Under the pieces are notes generated by a model. That model did no database searches. It was not told the DNA's origin and was given only the letters and a program-made list of their open reading frames with translations. Below, in pieces: positions 39,699 to 52,500 of a stretch of 64,000 bases of DNA. A program made the position numbers and the translations under genes. This DNA is from Lingula anatina (taxonomy: Eukaryota > Animalia > Brachiopoda), in NCBI GenBank assembly GCA_051362555.1, contig CM120644.1, positions 5,216,954 through 5,280,953 on the forward strand. The letters run 5' to 3'. Each line of letters starts with the position of its first letter. Within the stretch, counting starts at the first letter, position 1.

Positions 39699-42600
39699 AT
39701 GTCTCTACTCCAAGTCGCAGTTGCTGCATTTCCCGATACGCCTATGCTACTGTGCGCACTCGTGGTGCTTTTCCTCCTTATTCTATGGAAACAACACAAG
39801 ACTAACGGCCTCCCCCCGGGTCCCTGGGGTCTCCCAGTGGTCGGGGTTCTCCCCTTCCTCGGGAGAGATCCTCACCTCGTCATGATGGGATGGGCTAAGA
39901 AGTATGGCGACATATTCAGCGTTAGAATGGGAACCAAGACAACAGTTATATTGAACGGTTATGAAGCTATCCAAGACGTGTTTCAGAGAAAGGGAGCGTT
40001 GACTTCTGGAAGACCGCGTATTCCGACTTTTGATTTTCTCCATGGGAGAGGTGAGTACGTAATACATGTTGGACTGCATTGCCCTCTTTAAATGTGTTAA
40101 ATAGTGACTTACAGGAGTTAAGTAAGGTTGACAGTACATGTAGTGTCATCATGAGCATTATCATGATGACACTACCCCTTGGGCAAATTGCCGTATAATT
40201 TAAACCGACCTAATATTCGAATTTGAAATACGTTAACTGTGCAATGATATCGGGTTGTTTACCAAGGCTTTCACAAACTATAGTTATGCCGACATTTTAT
40301 TGATATATCACTGAGAAACATTTTCGTCATGTTCTGTCTGCCGCTACACCATACTTAAGCTTATAATCTATATTAAATCTTCAACAAGTGGATGCAGAGA
40401 GATTGCCAAAATTCTGGTGTCTTATTACTGTCAGTCGTTATGAAAAACAGTTTACGTGATACCCCCACTCCCATGCGTGCTTGTGTACAGCGATTATATA
40501 ATGTAGTCACAGCTTCATGACACCTGTTGTGGGTTCACGTAGAAGAAATAAAACAACTCGGAGGGGAAGGAGAAGGTCAAGTTTGTGTAGTAAAAAAGAC
40601 GGAAAAAGAAGAAAAATAGGAACATTATGTTGCATGTACAGTATTTACTACAAACAACCGATTAAACAAAGCATTGCTTATACATTGCTTACTAATACCA
40701 CGGCTGGGCTTCGAACAACAGGATAATTGCACTTGTAGTATCTATATACAGGCTTCGGTGCTTTTATCCTATTGTTGGAAGCGCCATCTGTGGTATTAGT
40801 CTGTTACACCTACTCGACAACCACTGTATGCGACATACAACAGTGGAGCTATTTCGGCTGCGCCTACATATAATTACGCTCTTGTATGTCGTATAGTGAT
40901 GATGATACAGTGGACGATTTTGTTGTAACTTTTACATACATGTAGGTCAAGGTTGATTATTAGCTTGTGAATATGACTCAAACATGCATGAGCTGAGACT
41001 GTGCTGTGCATAGTACACTGGCAAAGACAAGATATAGAGATTTTATTTAGATTTACACGTTTGACGGTCTCATGTCTATTGTTTTTTTTAATGTGAGCAA
41101 TTTTGAGACAAAATCAAGAATCTGTTTGGTTGAAAAATATATGTGGTTCCATGAAAATAGCATCTGAACACTATTATTCATTTGGGTGAAATACGACGAA
41201 AAGTGTACATTTCTGTTCCACATTTCACATTCATATCGATTAGTTAACAACAAATGTACTATAGAAAATACAATTTTTTTAAGTAATGATTCCCCTACCA
41301 AAAAGTGTCACCCCTATCGCATTTGTGTACAACTCTAGCCTAGCCTATCGAAAACAGCATCTGCATTTTTTCTTTTTAGGTATTTTATGCGCCGATTACT
41401 GTGCGCGGCAGAGGGCTCAGCGAGAATTTACCTTAAAATACCTAGCAAAAGCTGACACCGAGAAACAAACTGAGGATGAGATAGACGCTCTGCTGCAGTA
41501 CATCCGAGATACAAATGGCGAACCTTTTGATTTCAACAGCACCATCAGTGCCACCATATCCAACATCATAGAGAGTATCTTGTTCGGAAGCAAACTTGAG
41601 CAAGAAGGCCCAAATGTCAAAATTTTGGTCGATTCAATACAAGCTGCATCCAGATTAAGCGCCCAGGCCTCGTTTCAGAACTTCCTGCCATTTCTTTCGT
41701 TTTTACCGCAGTGTAGAAATGGAAACGAGGCATGGAAGGTATTTGCAAGCCACGTCACAAGGCTGCTGGAACGGCACATATTGGGTTATGATGCACGCGC
41801 CACGAGAGGCCTGGTCGATGCTTTTCTGCACCAATCAAAACGCGGTGACTCGGAGAATTATTTTGCCTTCAATGATGATGATCTAATAGCAAACTGCCAG
41901 ACGCTGTATATTGGGGGATCGGAAACCACTTCGACCACATTAACTTGGGGAATGTTGTTCCTCTTATCAAACCCTGACGTCTGTGAAAAGATCAATGCAG
42001 AATTGGAAGAAGTCGTAGGAAAGACACGACGCCCCAGTCTTGCCGACAGGCCGAATCTCCCCTACGTTAACGCTACGCTAATGGAAATACAACGCTGCAA
42101 TTATATTGGACCGCTGTCGCTTCCTCATAAAGCTATACGTGATACCACTATTAATGGCTACGTGATTCCTGAGGGAACAACAATTCTGGCAAACTTTTGG
42201 TCTGTGTTCATGAATGAAAAAAATTGGCCCAATCCTCGTGAATTTCGACCTTCAAGGTTTTTAGACGAAGATGGAAACTTGAAAAAGATCGAGACTTTCA
42301 TCCCCTTTTCCCTAGGTAATATTTTGAAAACATCCTAAACCTTATTTCATTTATCCCATTTTATTAGCGATTTTTTTCAATACTTGATTCGCCACCTTCC
42401 GAGCTAATGACATTTTCCGCCCCAGTCAAAGACACGATGTAACCGAGTGTTTTTATATTTTCATAGCATGGCAACAATGACAAAGATAATCAGTTTTCCA
42501 AAATTTTATTCAGTTCAATTGTGGCATATAAAGTCATTTATCGACCTGACGGTGGCATAATAAGGTATACAAAAAGAAGGCATATGTAAGAAGACGGCAT

Positions 42601-43154
42601 ATATAAGGCCCCCTGACAGACAACTTCGGACAACGCCTAGAGCACACAACTGCACACAACACACGTGCCTCTTGGTCTCTGCACACACAGTGAATGAATA
42701 CATATACAAGGTCAAATTCACCACGTGACTTCCAGAGTTACCGGAAGTTACATAAACTGCTAAATATTCATGAGTGTCTTGTCACTTGTCACATTGACAT
42801 ATACAATATTGTAAAATTTTGGCAGACATGTCATTCGAGCATGATCGGTGTACTCTATAACAAGCAGTTTCTCTGTTCTTTTTATACAAATTACAACTGA
42901 ATACAAATTAGAAATTAAAACACAAGGGGCAATTTAATTCGAATACAAATATTTATATTTTTGTTGTTCAAGGAAAACGCTCCTGCCCGGGAGAGACTGT
43001 TGCTCGTCAGGAAATGTTTCTGGTCGTTACTGCTTTGGTTCAGGCATTCACGTTCCACGTGCCAGAGGGAGAGGCGATTCCAGATCCAGATGGTAGTTTA
43101 GGACTCATGTACGAGCCCCCGAGATACCGGGTATGTGCCAGACCAAGGGACTAA
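39699..43154 (+). CDS. Cytochrome P450, clan 2 (CYP2-like), gene C, 489 aa (close paralog of B)
   Basis: Exons 39699-40050, 41380-42315, 42973-43154 (352+936+182 nt); all motifs intact; introns and 3' flank alignable to gene B. Confidence 0.95.
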
Positions 43155-44463
43155 TTTAAATCGCGACTCCTAGCCACCGGGAGTGCTGTGAGGATATGTG
43201 GAAGATAGCATACGTAATAAATTTTGAAGAAATAAATTTTGAAATGCTGTCGCCTCCATGAATGTATATATTTTTGTCCCTTTCGTTTGGGGGAGCAAAC
43301 AACTTTCTGCGCTTGATTGTTTGTTGGTTAATTAACAATGTGAGATGAATTCGGCTGATGACCACACCCACCAAATCCGTTTGGGAAAATAATTCACATA
43401 CCCATTTTGCTGAAGCTCTTGGTGACATGCAGACATAAGGGAATACTGAGTACTTGATTTCACATGCTCGCTCACCCGATGAGGCGTTACCCTTACTTGA
43501 TGAACTGTTCACAAATGCTACCGAAAAATGGAGAAAATACACCTCATCTCCCCCCCCCCCACCAAAAAGAGCAGTGACTTAAAATCACTTTCTTTCCTTT
43601 TCAAATATTTAGCAGAACTACGAAGAAAGAAATCCTTTGACTTTTCAGTCAAAGCGTCCTATTATTTATCGCATTTACGCATTTGAATATCGCATTATAT
43701 AACATACCAAAAATACAGTGATAAATAGTTGAATTATATGCATATCCGGATAATATCCAAATACAGATTCCCCTGTCTGTTAAATATGGTAATTTAAACT
43801 ATGGGTTCATTTCCTATACACTGTAAGATCCATGTCGGTTACTTCTTTGTTTTTTTTTTTTTACTTTTCTTTTTTTGCATATTTTTCAGTTTTTTTTCCC
43901 ATATGAAGTATTTTCATAACCGATAACCCCTGCACATAGACTTCAGGCCATATGGCAGATAAAGATGAGAAAAATTATGAGTCTCCGTGTAAGTTATGTT
44001 GCTATGGCAACATTCAGGAAAAAATGGTTCTTTTTTATCTTTATAGTGCATTTCAAAGTTTTCTCTGCAAATGAAGAATTTTCATTGTGTCACTCACTAC
44101 ACCAGATCATCAGTATATTTATTTATTTATTTATTTATTTATTTATCTTTCTGGTGCCAATATACTTTTCACTATGACTATTTTCTAATAACATGTATTC
44201 AATATTATAAGCAAATATTTACAAATGAGGTTCTCATGCAAAACAACATTACTATACAGTATAATTAGTTGGTTTAATTACTTAATAAGTTGGTGGTTGA
44301 TTCAGAATCTGCTTTTTTTATTGTTGCATATTGTTATTTATAGTATTTATATCATGTGACTGCAGAAATCATTTAAATTGTTCATTTGCATTTATATTTG
44401 TTCTAGTTCTTAAAGTTTCCATTGTTGTTGTGCATGTAGTATTTTAGCAGGGAATGTAAAACT

Positions 44464-44709
44464 GGGTTCCCATACCTACATGTAGATCCATCTACTGGTA
44501 ACAGGATCGATCCATCTCCGAGGGGTTTCTCGCTAAATTGCTTTCAGCTTAGGCGGCTTAGATGTCTGGCACGCCTACTGAAGCTGCTAAACGATAACTA
44601 ATTACTCCTTACGCGTGACAGACATCTGAGACGCTTAAGCTGAAAGCAATTTAGCCCTCGGGGATGGATCGATTCACAGTTAGTATGATAGGGTCTGGGA
44701 ATGGTCCCT
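44464..44709. mobile_element. Hairpin MITE (GATCGATC family)
   Basis: Inverted arms GATCGATCCATCTCCGAGGG...GCTAAATTGCTTTCAGCTTA and TAAGCTGAAAGCAATTTAGCCCTCGGGATGGATCGAT. Confidence 0.7.
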
Positions 44710-45178
44710 AATTCGTTTTCAACTTCTCTGTCCAGTGGACAATGCCTTTGAATTTAGGTATCTGCCTCTGTGGATTTCTAATTTACTACATTTTTCTGAA
44801 TTTTGCTAAATTTTGGAAATCACATTTAGGTAGCGGCGCTGTCGTGTATGTTTCCCATACATAACTTGATTCGGCCCATTTTCATGTGCATCAAAATCGG
44901 GACATAAGTAACCTCAGCACCTGTGCTACATTTCATGGGGCACAGTTGGGACAAAGAAGGCGAAGACATGTAGTTACTCGGTTCACACATTATTTTAAGT
45001 GTGCTTGTGTGAAAAAGAAAATGTCAGGGTTATCAATAAATTCCACGTACTTTCGTCTGGGGAGTTCACCCCTTGAGTTTATCAGAATCAAGCGCGCACC
45101 CTCTGAAGGGTTTTCCTGCGTCAGTAGCGACCACCCGATCGGCCAATGTTGCTGCTATTACGAAGTTCATTTTCTGTG

Positions 45179-46491
45179 TCCGCAACTTGAGCCTCACGCT
45201 CATGTGTCCACTCAGTATCTGTAAGACAAGCGGTTTCTCGTTAAATTATATCGTCATTACTGTAAATTGGTATCTATGAGACATGTGAACAGACTTGCTT
45301 TAGCAAATATACCCTCTGAACCTCACAGTAACATACGAAGGCAGCGTGCATTCCTGGTAACGCATATAGACCGCGTCTACTAGTTTCTTTTTTGGCAGAA
45401 ATAAGTCGACACGCCAAGAGATAGACCGAATTTCTCACTCTCTCAGCCACAAAAGAACTTTCAAACTGCATCTTCTTATTGTTCCTGGTCTTAAATTTGA
45501 CCTACTCCGTTCTTCCAGCATAATACTCTATTGGAAATAGCTTCGAGTTTTTGTCACCCTTGAGGGTAAACAGTCGGCACCTTGTCGTTGACTTCTCTTG
45601 ATAGACGTAATAGTATATGCAATATATATAGATTTGACACGTAGATACTCGAACGCAGTCGTTGTGCAACTGAGTTTCGCAGAAATAACGCTATATAAGA
45701 AGGGACCCCGTATCAACTTGCTACATAGTTTAGATGATCGCCATCACTCGCAAACACCGAAGATGGTTCCCTATCTATGTGTTAGTCAAAGAGAAATTAA
45801 ATTAAACTTAAGCCTAGATTACATTTGCCAATCGTTCGGATTCCCGGCCTCCCTAGCCCTTAAAGCTTTGCCAAGCTCCAATTAAAAAAATTAAAAATCT
45901 TTATGCCATGGGCCGTATCATTGTCAGCGGCGAGCTCTGATTCTTAGCTGAGACAATGTGGACCTCCGCGATTATCAAAGGTCATCACACAGTTTTCGGT
46001 CTTAAAATCTTTCTTAAATTTCGTATACGATCACACATCGACCTCGGGGTCAATCCAAAAATACCGGTCCAATGGCAAGACTCCATTTCATAGAGCCCCT
46101 CTCATGCTACATTAAAAGCAAGGGGTTTCACTGCTCTCAAAACGACGAAGACTCCGAAAGCGTTTATCGTGGATTTCTACCGATGTAGAATGTGGGGTTA
46201 ACAAAAGATGAACCCAGGGCGTAGCCGCGGGAGTTTAGTGTAAGTGGAGTGAGTCAGAGTGTGATTTGACGGATGTCTCTATTTTATTTTAAATTTTTAA
46301 TGCACGCGTGGGGTATTTTGTTTCGTATCCCCCCCCCTTTATTTTATTGACTCCATTGGACCCTATGGGGATTTAACAACATCCGTTTTGAATACTTTAA
46401 CCAATTTTGATGGGGTGTTTTGCTTTATGGTAGACTTGTATGGCACGCGTAGATTGTTTTTAAAATATGTGTATTTAAAGTTTATGCACCC
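45179..46491 (-). mobile_element. Kolobok-like transposon remnant, copy 2 (co-duplicated with CYP C/D)
   Basis: Aligns by eye with 38366-39604 apart from two indels; probably extends further left. Confidence 0.5.
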
Positions 46492-46585
46492 TTTTTTAAA
46501 ATCATGTAGCTATTTTACAACAACCGGTGTCTAACCAATCAAGGTGACATCCGAACGTGAGGTCAACGCTCATAGCAACGTGAAA

Positions 46586-46643
46586 ATGACTCTACTCTAA
46601 GTCGCAGTTGCTGCTTTTCCCGATACGCCTATGCTATTGTGCG
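46586..46643 (+). pseudogene. CYP pseudogene D: first about 19 codons with a nonsense codon, fused directly to CYP 3' flank
   Basis: ATG ACT CTA CTC TAA GTC GCA GTT GCT... matches the start of CYP B/C (CAA>TAA), then continues as GCGACTCCTAGCCACCGGGA..., the sequence just after the CYP C stop (43163 onward). Confidence 0.9.
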
Positions 46644-47285
46644 ACTCCTAGCCACCGGGATTGCTGTGAGGATATGTGGAAGATTACAAAAGTAATGAAT
46701 TTTGAAGAAATAAATTTTGAAATGCTGTCGCCTCCATGAACATATAAGAGCAGATCCTTCGAATATTTCTGGCCCTCTCGTGTGGGGAGCAAACAACTTT
46801 CTGCGCTTGAATGCTTGTGGGTTAATTGATGTTGTGAGATTAATTCAGCTGATGTCCAAATCACCCATTTGGTTTGGGAAAATAATTCACTTACTTATTT
46901 TGCTGAAGCTCTTGGTGACAAAGAGAGTACTGGTTACTTTAAGTCACAATTGCTCATCCGATGAGGCGTTACCCTTAGTTAATTAAACGTTCCCAAATCG
47001 AAAAATGGAGAAAAAACACCTCGTCCCCCCTCCAAAGAAAGCAAAAAGGGCTTTAAATCACTTACTTTCCTTTTCAAATTTTAAGCTGAGCTACAAAGAA
47101 AGAAATCATTTGACTTTTCAGGCAATGCGTCCTGCTATTTATCGCATTTACACGGTACAATATGAGCGAAAAATGAATATAAAGTTAACTACATCAAGCT
47201 GGAATCCATGGAATATTTGAAAAAAAACGCATATACAGTTAAATGAACTGTGTGTCAAATAATAAAAATTGGAGAAATTGGAGGC

Positions 47286-47518
47286 AATGAACTCGAGTCT
47301 CAATCGGCATTTTCTGCTCATTCATCACGACAGAAGCTAAAGACGAAGTATGTGCTCGCTGCACAGAGCACTGAAGAAAACACAGACATAAACAAATCAA
47401 TTGCCTGGCTAAGATTACAACTTATTAAGCTGTACTTGAAGCAGCTCTCATTTTTAGCCAACTTTTTAGTCCATCTGCAACACTACAGGCTTCAGTCTTT
47501 GTGGATATGCTGTAGTCA

Positions 47519-47553
<35 letters not shown>

Positions 47554-48574
47554 GTAGCCATGTTGTAAACGACACTAAAATATTTCTAAATTATGTAATA
47601 CCTTTGACAGCCCTCATTTTCCTAATGAAGTATGCCTGTCAGAAGACGAAATATTGGCTGTCAAAATTCAGTTAAATTTTTTATAGCTATTGGCAAATGG
47701 AACTTTCTTTGTTTATTGAAATCAAGCTGCACAGCAATGTTACAGACGTAACATACAAACACATAAATAGCTACATAGAGTTTAATAACTTTTTACTTGC
47801 TCATTTGTCACACTCCATTTTTAACAGTGTCTAGGATTTGAAGTCGCACGCTACTAGTACTTGTAACGCATCCAACAGACATATCTAACTTTTTAACACA
47901 GTGTATTGTAAGATGAAAAGGTTTTAGAACATACTCTGGGCACGACTTACCCTAAACATATTGGATTTCAATTCCGAGAACTACTACTATTCCTATCACA
48001 CTGGCAATACACCTAGGAAAAGGAGGGTGTGTAACTTGAACTGAATATGTTCATAAACAGTAAGCTAAGTAACAACAGTCTTTGCTTCAGGCAGTCATTG
48101 TGGATAAGCTCGTGGTGCCGCCGCCCCCGCGTTTGTCGTAAACGAAACTGTACTCCCTTGTTCCCGGTACTCCTTTACTCCCTGTAGCACGAGTTTCTTC
48201 TCGCGCTATTAAGACCAGAGCATCTTTCCAATCCAAGCAGCAAAAAGTTCCTTTCAACATTATGAATATTTTATATCAATAATACCGAAACCACAATGCT
48301 GCTGACAACATAACTCGGTGAACGTACACGCGTGTTTCCCTTGCAGACACCGCTGCCCAGAATATGTGGGTAGTATGCCGGTTAATAACAGCACGATGAA
48401 CGCGTTAGAGCATGAAATACTGTGAACTATTACGGTGACAGATTGGTAAGAATCTTAGAAAATGCATTTAGGCCTCAAGGCTTGAAACGGTATTACAGTA
48501 TTACCAAGCGGTGTGTATTTAAAAACTGAGACAGTGACAGCATAAGCGGGACTGAAGTTTGAGCTGTGTTTAGC

Positions 48575-48638
<64 letters not shown>

Positions 48639-49425
48639 GTGAATACTGGGGAAAATTGTATACTTATCTTTTACATGTTAATGTTCAATGACTAGAATAA
48701 GAAATTTAAACCCATAACATTGGTAGTTTGAGGCTGTAAAAGAAACAAAAATAACATGGACATACGCAAAACCAATAACCTGTGAGACTTGTCCAAAATA
48801 ATTGTTTTCTTGCAGGAATGATGATGACGAAGACTACAACTGTTTAAGTCAGTATGTGCTGTCAAAGGTAGGCGAATGATTTTCAAACTGATAAATTTTT
48901 TAGAGATGCCTTGTTCAATAAAGTATGGTTTGCAACAATTGGGTATCAAGAAGTGGAAGACCAAACCTTACCATCATCTTGCAATGACCTTGTAGTCAGG
49001 GTGTCCGCCTCCAAAGCGGGGAGGAGGTGGGTTCGTCCTCCCCGGGGATGTACCATTTCTTCATTAACGGTACCTGTTGCCCCCCTACTTGGCACTAGGG
49101 TTAAACCAGGTGTTAAGTTCTTGGTCTGACAGCGAGAGGCAAGGTTCGTTTGTGCGCCTCATACGGCAACCGGGCTGTATCCTCCCCAGGGAGGCGAGAG
49201 TGTCATAGAGAATGAGCCCAAAAAGAAGACTCAATGCTGCTGCGTAATACAACCCTTATTTTCGCAAAACACACCACCTGTCGCTATGCAGCCGTCAAAA
49301 TTTCATAACAAACCCCATCGTCGGCGCCTGGCGCTTGGCGGGGTACATAAGCGACAGCTGGTTGTTGAAACAACATTTCTTGGAAATGTACCCGCCCATT
49401 ATTGTTGACTGACATGATAGAGTGC
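47286..49425 (+). repeat. Segmental duplicate of 20401-25425 with several large gaps
   Basis: Colinear matches, e.g. AATGAACTCGAGTCTCAAT (20401/47286), TGTAATACCTTTGACAGCCCTCATT (21601/47594), AGAATGAGCCCAAAAAGAAGACTC (24010/49209) and CCCGCCCATTATT.TTGACTGACATGATAG (25391/49391). Confidence 0.9.
48975..49200 (+). mobile_element. tRNA-derived SINE, copy 2 (3'-truncated)
   Basis: Paralog of 23362-23750 with B-box-like GGTTCGTCCTCC; lacks the internal hairpin. Confidence 0.6.
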
Positions 49426-49532
49426 ACCGTAAATATTTGACACGTAATCACTTGAAGATAGATTTGTACAAGTTAGTTTAAAAGGAGACTCTTCCAAAAG
49501 AGCGGCATATATAATCTTGTCAAGTTATTCAG

Positions 49533-52500
49533 ATGGACGTCAACGCCAGCAAACACCAAAAGATAATGTCGTATCTACTGGTAAGTTTAGTTTGAAATTT
49601 AATAAGATTCCGCGCTTTTCATTAAATGATCCTTCTTAAATGTATCTTAAGGAGTTGCACGGGAATCAGAGATGCCTTTCTACCTCAGTTTCTTATCTAG
49701 GAGTGTGAAGTGCGGCAAGACCAATGAGTTGGCCATTAATTTCAGCCATTTATTAACTGCTAAAGGTATGATTGCAATTTAAACATAGCCGTTTTGAAGA
49801 TATTTTTATAAATACAAATATCCAAAAAGGGATCATCCAATTGTTATAAAAAATACGTTCCAGGCGTAAAAAATAATAATTACTGTGGCATTAACTTTTT
49901 CTTCGAAATGAACCAAATTCGTTCACATTCGCAACTTATTGTTTAAATTTTGGATAGGATACTATCCAGATCTATATAATTTGTTACCAAGCTTTATCTT
50001 ATTGATTTGATGACAGTGCTTCAATGATTTGTTTTGTGTATTTTTAAACAAAATCATTTATAAACCGATACCTATAGTCCTCAAACGAATAATATTTTAT
50101 AATTTCTACACAAAGGACTTTAGTTATCAGGAAATGCTGGTTGTAGTAGAGATTATAATTTTCTGTAATCTACAGAAATGTTTAAACTATTAAAAAAAAC
50201 TTCAGTGAAACTTATTATTTTAGAAAATACTTAAATACACTTCACTGCAACATTTTAATGATGAATTTTTTTTTGCTTTCATTAATACAAACTAATTTTC
50301 TCTGTCTGCCTGTCCACTCTTGGAGGCTTTTCAACAAATTGCAAAATGTGTATACTCATACTAAGTGTCCGTCATTTTCATCTTATTCAGATAAATCTGT
50401 TATTATAAAGCCTGTTCACGATCGAGGTGTTTGTTAGCTGCTCTTTGCCATTTGGTGAAAGCAAATGAGCCTGCAGTGCTCCAAACAGATTCCACTTAAT
50501 TCGAGCATAAAGGAAATAAAAATAAAACAAAGAAACCGGTTGAATGTCGCCGGCCGCGTCGTTTTACGCCTTGCACAGCACTTTTTTCTGGTCAGAGTTG
50601 AAGTGTGGCCATTTGGTCCAAAACCCGTAACGATGATGAGTCAGTTTGGAACTCACCAATAAAAGTGCCAAACATTTGAAGGCACTGGTGCTGTGACAGG
50701 AGTGATGCCACATGTAGTCCTATGTGACCCTAAGTCCTGGAAATACAGTCCTAAGGTGTGCATTGGTAAGAATAGAATTCCTAAGGCATACACTGCTAGG
50801 GTTCAGTATTCGTATGAAGAAAAACTCTCAAGTAATGTTTAGTGATGCGAGTCCTAATAGGACATCCGTAAGTAGTAGGACAGCCGATATGATGGTTGTG
50901 TCAGCGCCCGGAATATTGTGCAATTACCACGCCTTACAGATACAGATTGTATTATATTTCGTGATTTTACAAAGTATATAACCTTTAAATGAAAAAATAA
51001 AGAAATCTAAATCAATCTATGAAATTCTTGACATCATTTCTTGTATAATTATCTTTGTACACTGCTGTTCAAATTAAGACTCAAAAAGTTCTAACCAGTA
51101 ACAGTGAACACAAAATGTAGTTTACAGCTGAAAAAACAATGTGAACTCGTGCAAAATCAATAACTAAATTATGAGAGGTAACCATAGTAATTGATTTCTT
51201 GTAGTATTGATGATTACTATACCTTGAACAGTAGGTGCTGATAAATCAAGTTCAAGTTCAACCTGATGAGTTTTTCAGACATCCTATGGTCAATAAAAAA
51301 GCCTGAAAAACCAATAAAAATTAGGTGCCAAGGATGTTAGCGAACAACCAAAATCATCAGCAGTTTTCCTTACTATATTTTTCCTTGAACTGACCCGCAC
51401 GAAAATGCAGTAGTATCGAAGTAGCAAGAAAGCATTAATGCAGTAGTGGTGTGGAGCATATTTGCAGTAGAAATGCAGCATAGCCTACTGCAATTCTGCT
51501 CCAAAAAGTACATAGGTTTGAACAGAGAGGAGCATTAATGCAGTAGATTAGCAGCATGATAGAAGCATGTTTCAAATTTGCTAATTAGCTCCAAAATCGA
51601 AGTAGATTTGAAGCATGTTTGCAGTATGATTGCAGTAGTCTACTGCGCTTTCTTGCGGGGATGAAAAGAAGACTTAACGGCGCTGCGTAATACGGCCCCT
51701 ATTTTCGAAAAATACACCGTCTGTTGCTGTACGCAGTCATCAAAATTTCATGATAAACCTTACCTTTGACGTTTGAGTTCCCTTTTTTCTTCATAGGGGC
51801 ACTGGCAATAAATATAATTGATATACCATGGTTGGTCTTCAAATGTAGTTAGGTAAACATTTTGAAAGTGGAACATCATTTTTAAGCATAAATTAAGTAA
51901 AAAAATATATATATTTCTAACGCGATAGATAAAAGAGATTCTTTCCCATCTGTTGCTGTATGTGCAGCCATCAAAATTTCATGATAAACCTTACCTTTGT
52001 CGTTTGAGTTTCCTTTTTTCTTCACAGGGGTACTGACAATTTTCTTCTGAAAAGAAAAATTATGCCTCGCGCATTTTTTCTGTAAGTACCACTTACAAGA
52101 ATAATAATAGCACGAACTGATAAATAAGATGGATACTTGGTGGGCAGTAGAGTTTTAGTGGTCAACTGTACAGAGTGGTTTTAATGTAGAAGGAACACGG
52201 TTTTATTATTATTAAACTTTTATATATGTAAAATGTTATAGTTGGATCATTTTAGTTTCCTTTGAGAACATATCAATCGCCTCGTTGATCGATCTAGGAA
52301 TGGGAACCCAGTCCTACAGCGGGGGTGTGGTACTACTTCCATGTATACGCTGAGACGCTGTGCTCGTCCAGTTAATAACAGTTAGAGCGGGGGATACTGT
52401 GCACTTGCATGTATAAGCCATACATTGTCATATTAGTGGAACTGAAGTGTCATTGTTTGTGCTATTGTTCTATGAGGAGAAGTGACAGGTGTGTTTAGAC

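Noticed and set aside
49414-49434. Alternative first exon of copy 2, ATG ATA GAG TGC ACC|GTAAAT, in frame with exon 56462
   Set aside because: Formally possible, but the donor is weak and the signal peptide short; the 49533-49580 exon has a consensus donor and a TATA-like box upstream.
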